This document shows positions 7,727-15,462 of a stretch of 24,000 bases of DNA, one piece after another. Position numbers and translations under genes: made by a program. This DNA comes from an uncultured Dehalococcoidales bacterium (lineage in GTDB: Bacteria > Chloroflexota > UBA6077 > FW602-bin22 > JAMCYS01): assembly GCA_964566935.1 (NCBI GenBank), contig CAZMKF010000022.1:7442-31441 (forward strand), given 5' to 3'. The notes beneath the pieces were generated by a model. The model had not been told where the DNA came from, ran no database searches, and saw nothing but the letters and a program-made list of their open reading frames with translations. The number at the start of each line of letters is the position of its first letter. Within the stretch, counting starts at the first letter, position 1.

Positions 7727-8035
7727 CGCTAGACACCTCGCTCTATGACAGGGTTGATCGATTCTATCATAGAGGCTGTCAGGGCTTTGGTTGTGGACTC
7801 GTTCACTGTTGTGCGTAAGTACCTATTGTAGAGATTAGTAACGACGTAGCAGCAGTAGGGGACTGGATACTGTGGAGAGGAAAGAAACGTTCATGAGGTA
7901 CTGGTGTTTTTGGCTGCGTGGGCCGTGGAAAGTAATTGTGTACGGTGCTGATAGCGTGGATTCGTTTACACTGGGTTCATCTGGTAGGGGAGAATAAGCC
8001 TGAAAATACGGGCATCTGTCCACCGAGTTAAGTAC

Positions 8036-8044
8036 TTATCCACA
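8036..8044 (+). promoter_or_regulatory. DnaA box, perfect consensus TTATCCACA
   Basis: Exact 9-mer TTATCCACA read directly from the sequence. Confidence 0.6.
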
Positions 8045-8056
8045 CATTGTCATAAG

Positions 8057-8065
8057 TTATCCACA
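8057..8065 (+). promoter_or_regulatory. DnaA box, perfect consensus TTATCCACA
   Basis: Exact 9-mer TTATCCACA in the same orientation, 21 bp start-to-start from the first box and 18 nt from the dnaA stop codon. Confidence 0.6.
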
Positions 8066-8083
8066 ATTATTGGGGATGGCCGC

Positions 8084-9481
<1,398 letters not shown>

Positions 9482-9731
9482 GAACGTACTCCGAAAGGTT
9501 TTGAGGCGAGGTTGGCGAGATCATAACCCAGGGCGATGAGCGGCGACAAGCCGCAGCCTTGAGCGATGCGTTATAATACTTCTTGCAAAACAGACGCGCG
9601 CTTAGAGGGCGGAAAAGCGAAAGAGCCGTACGAACAGCGGCTAGTTTACAGTCCTTAGTCGGCGCGTTGCATGCTTGCGAAGGTCGTTCACGAGGACAAA
9701 GCGTAGAATATCTTTAGAAGAGGGGAAAGTT

Positions 9732-9935
9732 ATGAAAATCAGCGCACGCAACCAGTTGAAGGGCACCGTCACGAGTGTGAGCCTCGGCGGGGTGATGGCG
9801 GAGGTGGTGGTGAAGGTGGGCGATAACGAAGTCGTCGCCGCCATCACCCGTTCCTCGGTCGAGAACATGGGTATCAAGGTGGGTGACGAGGTTGCCGCCG
9901 TGGTCAAGGCCACTGAGGTGATGATCGCCAAATAG
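9732..9935 (+). CDS. mop: Single-domain molybdate/tungstate-binding Mop (TOBE) protein, 67 aa
   Basis: MKISARNQLKGTVTSVSLGGVMAEVVVKVGDNEVVAAITRSSVENMGIKVGDEVAAVVKATEVMIAK closely follows the Mop/TOBE pattern (SARNQLKG...KATDVMI). ATG 9732 is preceded by GAAGAGGGGAAAG. The track start at 9675 adds an unlikely basic extension. Confidence 0.85.
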   Translation: MKISARNQLKGTVTSVSLGGVMAEVVVKVGDNEVVAAITRSSVENMGIKVGDEVAAVVKATEVMIAK

Positions 9936-9957
9936 GACGACAGCAGATCCGTTACTG

Positions 9958-10058
9958 GCCAGGCCGCTGCACGCCACGTAGAGAAGCGGCCTGGCACTGA
10001 AGAGCCCGCGCGTGGGTGCCACTTTTGTTTCACCCGATGCGCGGGCTCTTTGTGCTTT
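9958..10058 (+). terminator. Two tandem stem-loops after mop, the second with a T-rich tail
   Basis: GCCAGGCCGCT(9958-9968)/AGCGGCCTGGC(9985-9995) forms an 11-bp stem. AGAGCCCGCGC(10001-10011)/GCGCGGGCTCT(10039-10049) forms an 11-bp stem with inner GGGTG/CACCC pairing, followed by TTTGTGCTTT. Confidence 0.55.
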
Positions 10059-10184
10059 GAAGGTAAACGATAATTAACCGCGGACGGACAGGCCGGCAGT
10101 ACGTAATGGGAGTTTCACGTTATTGTCCGGGGGACCTGGGCACAGGTAAGAATATGGGTGGCACAGTGATGCCATGGAGGTGCA

Positions 10185-10949
10185 GTGCTGACCCAGTTAC
10201 TTTATGTGCGCGAAGGCGCCGCCGAAATAGAACCAGTCTTACAGGGCCTGACGGGCTACGGTTTCACGTTAACCGAAAGTAGCTATGCAGCCAGCACTGA
10301 TGAGGTGGCGAACGCTCGTCCCGATGCGGTGCTGCTGGACCTGGGAGACACCGAGAGTCAGGGCCTTAAACTGGTGGGCCACATGCGCAACGAAAGCGAA
10401 GTGCCCATTGTCGTCCTCGGCTCCGATGAGCGCTGGTTCGTACCCGCTCTTAGCGTGGGTGGTGACGAGTACCTTGGCCGTCCGCTCGATCTGCCTAAGA
10501 CGCTGGCCGTACTGATGGCCCTGCTGCGCCGCACTGCCGTCGCCGCGCGTGCCAACCGCCTCATCCAGGTGCGCGGGCTCACCATCGACCTCGATCGCCA
10601 CCGGGTGAGTGTCAACAACCGTCCCGTGCGGCTGACGCCGGTCGAGTACCGGCTGCTGGCCGCCCTGGCGCGGCGCGAGGGTCGGGTAGCCAGCTGCTCC
10701 GAGCTGGTCAAGGACGTGCAAGGCTACGATATGACCGAGGAAGAGGCGCGTGACATCATGAAGGTGCACGTCTATCATCTGCGGCAGAAACTGCGAGCGT
10801 TCAGCGGCGAAGACGAGTACATCGTCACCGTGCCGGGCTTCGGTTACGTGCTGGAGCGACGGGCCGCCCGCCGCAACGCCACAGCCAGCGAGTCGTGGCT
10901 GCGCCGCGGTACTATCCTCAAGCAACCGCTGGATACGGAAGCGATCTAA
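10185..10949 (+). CDS. OmpR/PhoB-family response regulator (winged-helix output) with atypical receiver domain
   Basis: The C-terminal trans_reg_C pattern is clear: LTIDLDRHRVSVNNRPVRLTPVEYRLLAALARREGRVASCSELV...VHVYHLRQKL...IVTVPGFGYVL. The N-terminal receiver-like domain retains the LLDL Asp but deviates at other conserved positions. GTG start. Confidence 0.8.
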   Translation: MLTQLLYVREGAAEIEPVLQGLTGYGFTLTESSYAASTDEVANARPDAVLLDLGDTESQGLKLVGHMRNESEVPIVVLGSDERWFVPALSVGGDEYLGRPLDLPKTLAVLMALLRRTAVAARANRLIQVRGLTIDLDRHRVSVNNRPVRLTPVEYRLLAALARREGRVASCSELVKDVQGYDMTEEEARDIMKVHVYHLRQKLRAFSGEDEYIVTVPGFGYVLERRAARRNATASESWLRRGTILKQPLDTEAI

Positions 10950-10981
10950 GCCAACGGCGGCGCTACACCGCTGCCAACAAT

Positions 10982-11021
10982 AAGGGCAGGGCATCACAGA
11001 TGCCCTGCCCTTTGATTTCTT
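10982..11021. terminator. Strong hairpin between convergent genes (bidirectional terminator candidate)
   Basis: AAGGGCAGGGCAT(10982-10994)/ATGCCCTGCCCTT(11000-11012) forms a perfect 13-bp stem with a 5-nt loop, followed by TTTGATTTCTT on the + strand. Confidence 0.6.
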
Positions 11022-11044
11022 CCCAACAAGCGTGAGGCGAGCTG

Positions 11045-13810
11045 TCAGTTGCTGGGTGAGGTGTCGCCCGAGAGGCCACGAAACTGGTGCGCCAACGAGG
11101 GTTTCGCCTGGCCAAGCTCGACGTTCGCCATCAGTGCGGCGTCCTCGTAAGCAGCCTGCTCGTCCTGTTCCGTCCGGTTAAGCACCCGCTCGAAGGCCGC
11201 TACCACCTCCGGGTCGAACTGCGTGCCGGAGTTGCGCCAGATCTCCGCCAACGCCACCTCTTTCGATTGCCCTTTGCGGTAGGGTCGATCCGAGGTGATG
11301 GCGTCGTAGGTGTCGGCCACGGCAAAGATGCGCGCCTGGATGGGGATCTGCTCGCCTTTCAGGCCCAGCGGGTAGCCGTTGCCGTCCCAGCGCTCGTGAT
11401 GGCAAACCACCACCTGTGCCGACTGGTTGAGGAAATCGATACCTTGAATGATGTTGTAGCCGGCGCGTGGGTGCTCACGCATAACACTCCACTCTTCGTC
11501 ATTCAGTTTGCCCGGCTTGTGCAGGATGGCGTCTGGAATACTGATCTTGCCAATGTCGTGCAGCAAGGCGCCCAGGCGCAGGTTGGCCAGTTCCTCGCCC
11601 CGCAGGCCTATCTCTTCGCCGGTGGCCACGGTGAGGTTAGCCACCCGTTCCGAGTGACCGAGGGTCTCGTGGTCGCGCGCGTCGAGCGCGTTGACCAGCG
11701 TCAGCAGCGAGTTCTCGTAGCTGGCGCGCAGCAGCTGGTTGGCGCGCGTCAGTTCCTGCACTTGCTCCTCGCTCTCCATGATCTGCCGTCCGACGACGAA
11801 GCGCATCAGCAGGGTGAACAAGACGAAGCCTATCAGCACCAGGAACTTGTTGGTGGGCAGGAACCAGGCGAAGATGTAGGCGAAAACGATCGAGAAGAGG
11901 TAATGTGGCGCCTGCCAGCGGTAACGGCGCACCCACAGGCTGCTGGGAGAGGTCCACTCGGCGATGCTATTGCCCAGAGTGAGTATCGTCCACTGGGCGA
12001 TGATGCCTGCCAGGCCGGTGCGAATGGCAACTTGGCCGAACTCGCGCGGCAGGAGGCCGGTCACCCCATGCTGAATTTCCATAGATAAGAAGGCCACAAG
12101 GGAATAGCAGGTCAGCACTCCAGCAAACTCCAGCAGGGTGCGGCGCCAGCGGTCGTCTTTGAAGGCCAGAGCCCGGTAGGCGGTGAGCGCCGGTGCAATC
12201 AGCAGCGCTGCTGATATGCCGTAAGTGAATACCACAGTGAGGCCGACCATGAAGCTGGGTGTGATGCGCCGCCCCGAACGGTCGTAGACGGCGAAGGCCT
12301 CCGAGAGGATGACGATCGCTACCATCAGGAAGAGATCAATCACCGGCGTTACCATTGGCGAGACACGGAAGGTCAGGTAGGCAATAGCGAGGGCGAGGAG
12401 AGTAGCTGCCACGGCGAAGGCGAAGCCCAGGGCGTGGCGGCGGCGTGCCATCCGTTGTTGCTCGGCCTGATCGCCGACGTTAATGGCGGCGGCGATCTCT
12501 TTGCGCAGCCGTGCCTCATCTGCCTTGGTGGCATCGTCGGGCTCTTGCGGGCGGGCTGCCAGCTGCCGGTCCACCATCGCCAAGGTAGTGCGGTTGCGGC
12601 CACTCATTTTTGAGCGGCGCATCGCCGCGTCGGCTGCCGCCAGCAAACTGCGCAGGTTGCCATCATGCAGCGGTCCAACCGCCACGCCGAGGCTCAGTGT
12701 TGTACTGACGCTGCCGGCGCCTGACTGCGAAGCCACCTGCTCGATCTCGACCCGCTCGCGGATCAGCTCGGCCAGTTCCAGCCCCTTGACGGCGTCGTAG
12801 CCGGCGGCGATCACACAATAATCCTCGCCACCGAAGCGCCAGTAGAGCGCCTCTTCATCGAGGAGCAGGTTGATTACCCGCTCCACCTGTTCCAGGTAGA
12901 AGTTGCCGGTAACGTGGCCATGCACGCGGTTGACCTGGCGCAGGTGATCCACGTCGGCCAGAATGACCGTCACCGGCTTGCCCTCTTTGATCGCCTTACG
13001 GATGTAGGTGTTGGCCCGTGATTCAAACGCCGCCGTGGCGGTGGAGCTGCCGAGAACGCTACCGTCGAGCAAGTCCGGATCGACCAATGGGCGTGGCGCC
13101 AGCGCCTGACTGAGGACGATCATAGGCAGCAGAGCGATCGGCGCCATCCAAGGGTCGCTCAGCCATAGCACACCGTAAAAGACGCCCATGGTAGCGAGGG
13201 CCAGATCCGAGATCAGCGTCTGGTCAAACAGGGGGAAGGGTAGCAGGCGGGTGGCCGCCATCGTGCTGGTGGCCAGGTGACGTAGCAGGAAGCGGGCGAT
13301 CAGGATAAAAAACACCATCATCGCCAGCGAACGCCCCAGGGTGACGACAGGCGTGTCCGCCAAAGCTGGGGCGAATGGCGGCACGGCCATGATCATGGAA
13401 GCGGCGCGCGCCGCGATGAGCAGCGTGGCAGCGTCAAAAACGCGGTGGTAGAGAGAGCGTTTGCACTGCCAGGCGCTAATGGTAACTGCCAGCAGCACCA
13501 GGATCTCCAGCATGGGGGAAGGCAGTACCAGCACGCCCGCGATGATGATCGGTATGATGGGACGCGTGGTGTAGTGAACGTCATAGGAGGTGGGTATCAG
13601 ATGTAAGGGCAGTAGCGCCAGGGTAAGGAAAAAGAGGTTCAGCCAGTGCTCCCGCGCGTAGACGGGCTCAAAGAGCGCCGATACCAGCACCAGGCCGCCC
13701 AGTAGAACCACCTGAACGTAGAAGAGGCGCGCTCCACGAGTCAGCTGATCGTATTGTTCGGGGACGCCATCGTTGTACGAGTCGGTTTTTCCTGGGTCTG
13801 GCATATGCAA
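11045..13810 (-). CDS. Polytopic membrane signalling protein: membrane module 1, degenerate GGDEF domain, membrane module 2, HD-GYP domain (c-di-GMP phosphodiesterase type)
   Basis: GGDEF-like region: VILADVDHLRQVNRVHGHVTGNFYLEQV...YWRFGGEDYCVIAAG. HD-GYP region: RDHETLGHSERVA, GALLHDIGKISIPDAIL, VVCHHERWDGNGYPLGLKG, FAVADTYDAITSDRPYR. Hydrophobic multi-helix stretches lie at about aa 28-245 and aa 465-690. Start is TTG 13810, or ATG 13804. Confidence 0.85.
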   Translation of the reverse strand: MHMPDPGKTDSYNDGVPEQYDQLTRGARLFYVQVVLLGGLVLVSALFEPVYAREHWLNLFFLTLALLPLHLIPTSYDVHYTTRPIIPIIIAGVLVLPSPMLEILVLLAVTISAWQCKRSLYHRVFDAATLLIAARAASMIMAVPPFAPALADTPVVTLGRSLAMMVFFILIARFLLRHLATSTMAATRLLPFPLFDQTLISDLALATMGVFYGVLWLSDPWMAPIALLPMIVLSQALAPRPLVDPDLLDGSVLGSSTATAAFESRANTYIRKAIKEGKPVTVILADVDHLRQVNRVHGHVTGNFYLEQVERVINLLLDEEALYWRFGGEDYCVIAAGYDAVKGLELAELIRERVEIEQVASQSGAGSVSTTLSLGVAVGPLHDGNLRSLLAAADAAMRRSKMSGRNRTTLAMVDRQLAARPQEPDDATKADEARLRKEIAAAINVGDQAEQQRMARRRHALGFAFAVAATLLALAIAYLTFRVSPMVTPVIDLFLMVAIVILSEAFAVYDRSGRRITPSFMVGLTVVFTYGISAALLIAPALTAYRALAFKDDRWRRTLLEFAGVLTCYSLVAFLSMEIQHGVTGLLPREFGQVAIRTGLAGIIAQWTILTLGNSIAEWTSPSSLWVRRYRWQAPHYLFSIVFAYIFAWFLPTNKFLVLIGFVLFTLLMRFVVGRQIMESEEQVQELTRANQLLRASYENSLLTLVNALDARDHETLGHSERVANLTVATGEEIGLRGEELANLRLGALLHDIGKISIPDAILHKPGKLNDEEWSVMREHPRAGYNIIQGIDFLNQSAQVVVCHHERWDGNGYPLGLKGEQIPIQARIFAVADTYDAITSDRPYRKGQSKEVALAEIWRNSGTQFDPEVVAAFERVLNRTEQDEQAAYEDAALMANVELGQAKPSLAHQFRGLSGDTSPSN

Positions 13811-13852
13811 CCATTACCACCAAAAGGCGCCCGCAGGCGCCGTTCATCTTTC

Positions 13853-13869
13853 TATAATACCTACGTAGG
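13853..13869. promoter_or_regulatory. Perfect TATAAT hexamer abutting a 10-bp perfect palindrome CCTACGTAGG in a divergent intergenic region (candidate promoter/operator)
   Basis: TATAAT lies at 13853-13858 and CCTACGTAGG at 13860-13869. Both sit between the divergently oriented GGDEF/HD-GYP gene and the ModE-N-like/tup operon. Confidence 0.3.
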
Positions 13870-13963
13870 GTAGCAAAAGGAAGCCCCAAATCCGGACAAT
13901 TGACGGAATTGCCCGTGTAGGCGGGGGTTTCTCCATCGGCCGGTGGTGTCTTATACTGTGCCC

Positions 13964-14314
13964 ATGAAAGCAAAACTGAAGCTGTGGATAGAGAAGGACG
14001 ACAAACTGGTACTTTCGGCCTGGCGGGTAGAGCTCCTGGAGGCGGTGGCTGCTACCGGCTCGCTGAGCGAGGCGGCAAACCAACTTGGCATCCATTTCCG
14101 CAGCGCCTGGGGACGAGTGCGCCAGATGGAGGAGCGCTTTGGCTTCAAGTTGCTCAAAACTCAGGTGGGCGGCGTGGGCGGCGGTGGCGCCACCCTGACG
14201 CCGGCAGCCGAGGAGCTGGTGAAAGCCTACCACGAACTGAGCGCCGAGCTGGAGGAGGAGGTCGAACGACGCTTCCAGGCGGTGGCATCGCGCTTTGGGT
14301 TGGACCAGCGGTGA
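13964..14314 (+). CDS. ModE N-terminal-domain-like winged-helix (LysR-type HTH) regulator lacking Mop domains
   Basis: MKAKLKLWIEKDDKLVLSAWRVELLEAVAATGSLSEAANQLGIHFRSAWGRVRQMEERFGFKLLKTQVGGVGGGGATLTPAAEELV follows the ModE N-domain pattern (GSISxAAxxLGxSYRxAW...GGxxGGGAxLTxxG). The protein ends about 40 aa later with no TOBE/Mop domain. Start is ATG 13964, or GTG 13943 as in the track. There is no obvious SD. TATACT at 13952-13957 lies 6 nt before the ATG. Confidence 0.7.
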   Translation: MKAKLKLWIEKDDKLVLSAWRVELLEAVAATGSLSEAANQLGIHFRSAWGRVRQMEERFGFKLLKTQVGGVGGGGATLTPAAEELVKAYHELSAELEEEVERRFQAVASRFGLDQR

Positions 14315-14366
14315 GCGTTATGCTACTATCTCCGTTACCGCCCAATCACTCCTTAGGAGGTTAACT

Positions 14367-15356
14367 TTGAAGCGCATCTCATCCCTGCTGATTGTGGGGC
14401 TGCTGCTGTCGCTCCTGGTTGGCGCTTGCCAGCAACAAGCTACGCCAGCTGCCACCAAGGCCGCCGCTACCGCCGCCGCCACCAGTGCGGCCACTAAAGC
14501 GGCCGCCACTACCGCAGCTGCCACTACTGCGGCAGCCACCAAAGCAGCCAGTCCGGCTGCCACCCAGGCAGTCACGCGTGCCGGTGAAAAGGACGTAATT
14601 CTCGCCACCACCACCAGCACCAAAGACAGTGGTCTGCTCGACGTGTTGCTGCCCGATTTCCAGAAGAAGACCGGTTACAATGTCAAGCCCATCTCGGTGG
14701 GCAGCGGCCAGGCTATGACCCTTGGCGAGCGCGGCGAGGCCGACGTGCTGCTCGTGCACGCTCCTGCCTCCGAGCAGAAGTTCATGGCCGCCAAGCACGG
14801 CGTTGCCCGCTCGCTGGTCATGCACAACGACTTTGTCATCCTCGGCCCTGAGGCTGATCCCGTCGGCATCAAGGGCGAGAAGTCTGCCGTCGACGCGCTG
14901 AAGAAGATTGCCGAAAAGCAAAGTCCCTTCATCACCCGCGGTGACAACTCTGGTACCCATCAGCTGGAGATGCAGCTGTGGAAGGCCGCCGGCATTGAGC
15001 CCAAGGGCAGCTGGTACCAGTCCACCGGACAGGGCATGGGTAACTCGCTGCGCATCGCTTCCGAGAAGGAAGCCTACATCATCAGCGATCGCGGCACCTT
15101 CCTCGCCACGAAGGCCCTCACCTCCAAGATACTGGTGGAGGGTGATAACGCCCTGCTCAACGTCTACAGCGTGATCCAGGTCAATCCCGACAAGAACAGC
15201 CAGATCAACGCCGCCGGCGCCAAAGCCTTCGCGGAGTACATGGTTGCGCCGGAGACCCAGGCGATCATCAAGACCTTTGGGGTGGACAAGTACGGTCAGC
15301 CGCTCTTCTACCCCGATGCCACCAAGAAGTACGAGGATCTGGGCCTCACGCCCTAA
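14367..15356 (+). CDS. tupA: Tungstate ABC transporter substrate-binding lipoprotein, TupA family
   Basis: TTG 14367 lies 6 nt after GGAGG. The signal peptide has a lipobox (LLSLLVGAC), followed by an Ala/Thr/Lys linker. The mature domain is VILATTTSTKDSGLLDVLLPDFQKKTGYNVKPISVGSGQAMTLGERGEADVLLVHAPASEQKF...LVMHNDFVILGP, carrying the TupA-type TTTS motif. The track start at 14295 overlaps the upstream gene and precedes the SD. Confidence 0.8.
   Translation: MKRISSLLIVGLLLSLLVGACQQQATPAATKAAATAAATSAATKAAATTAAATTAAATKAASPAATQAVTRAGEKDVILATTTSTKDSGLLDVLLPDFQKKTGYNVKPISVGSGQAMTLGERGEADVLLVHAPASEQKFMAAKHGVARSLVMHNDFVILGPEADPVGIKGEKSAVDALKKIAEKQSPFITRGDNSGTHQLEMQLWKAAGIEPKGSWYQSTGQGMGNSLRIASEKEAYIISDRGTFLATKALTSKILVEGDNALLNVYSVIQVNPDKNSQINAAGAKAFAEYMVAPETQAIIKTFGVDKYGQPLFYPDATKKYEDLGLTP
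14439..14570 (+). repeat. Low-complexity Ala/Thr/Lys-coding repeat (lipoprotein tether) inside tupA
   Basis: Encodes ATPAATKAAATAAATSAATKAAATTAAATTAAATKAASPAATQA directly after the lipobox Cys. It generates the mirror ORF 14318..14623(-). Confidence 0.75.
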
Positions 15357-15381
15357 TCCCGATCACCGACCGCAGTTTCCC

Positions 15382-15405
15382 GGGGCGCAGGTATGCCTGC
15401 GCCCC
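15382..15405 (+). promoter_or_regulatory. GC-rich stem-loop between tupA and tupB (intra-operon attenuator/mRNA-stabilising hairpin candidate)
   Basis: GGGGCGCAGG(15382-15391)/CCTGCGCCCC(15396-15405) forms a perfect 10-bp stem with a 4-nt loop. No adjacent U-tract. Confidence 0.5.
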
Positions 15406-15462
15406 TCAGCTAATCCATACTTTTGAAGCCGCTGCCGTAACGCCGATCGAGGAGAGACGTCT

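Larger units (their letters stand above)
7727..8083. other. oriC: Candidate chromosomal replication origin (oriC) region downstream of dnaA
   Basis: This is the most AT-rich non-coding gap in the window. It has two perfect DnaA boxes at its dnaA-proximal end, a 2-mismatch box TGTGGAGAG at 7871-7879, and no credible CDS. See the findings. Confidence 0.45.

Noticed and set aside
7741-7774. 8-bp inverted repeat CTCTATGA/TCATAGAG with an 18-nt loop, just upstream of the DinB-family gene start
   Set aside because: It is short, AT-rich and within the putative origin/promoter region. It could be an operator or chance symmetry, and there is not enough evidence to call a feature.
7835-8023. 62-aa ORF on the minus strand inside the dnaA-dinB gap
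   Set aside because: It lies in the AT-rich putative origin, has no SD, and has an odd composition (MDRCPYFQAYSPLPDE...LLLLRRY). It is more likely a chance ORF in non-coding origin DNA.
9482-9731. Possible Moco/Tuco riboswitch upstream of mop, and likewise at 13865-13963 upstream of the ModE-N-like gene
   Set aside because: I could not find the conserved Moco-motif elements as I remember them. The only CUCCGA-like string (9489-9495) lies upstream of the candidate promoter and is antisense to the dnaA ribosome-binding site. This is kept only as a low-interest item to test with cmsearch.
11087-12088. 333-aa + strand ORF antisense to the GGDEF/HD-GYP gene, and likewise 15834..16748(-), 16373..17077(-), 18210..19217(+), 6463..7185(+) and 8603..9220(+)
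   Set aside because: All are antisense to CDS with unambiguous family motifs (HD-GYP, ABC ATPases, Obg, DnaA). Their translations lack motifs and show the amino-acid bias of GC-rich antisense frames.
14295-14366. Upstream extension of the tupA ORF (track start 14295), and similarly 22334..22498 for the family-5 binding protein and 9675..9731 for mop
   Set aside because: Each extension overlaps the neighbouring gene or precedes a strong SD correctly spaced before an internal start (TTG 14367, ATG 22333, ATG 9732). That internal start yields a canonical signal peptide or Mop N-terminus.
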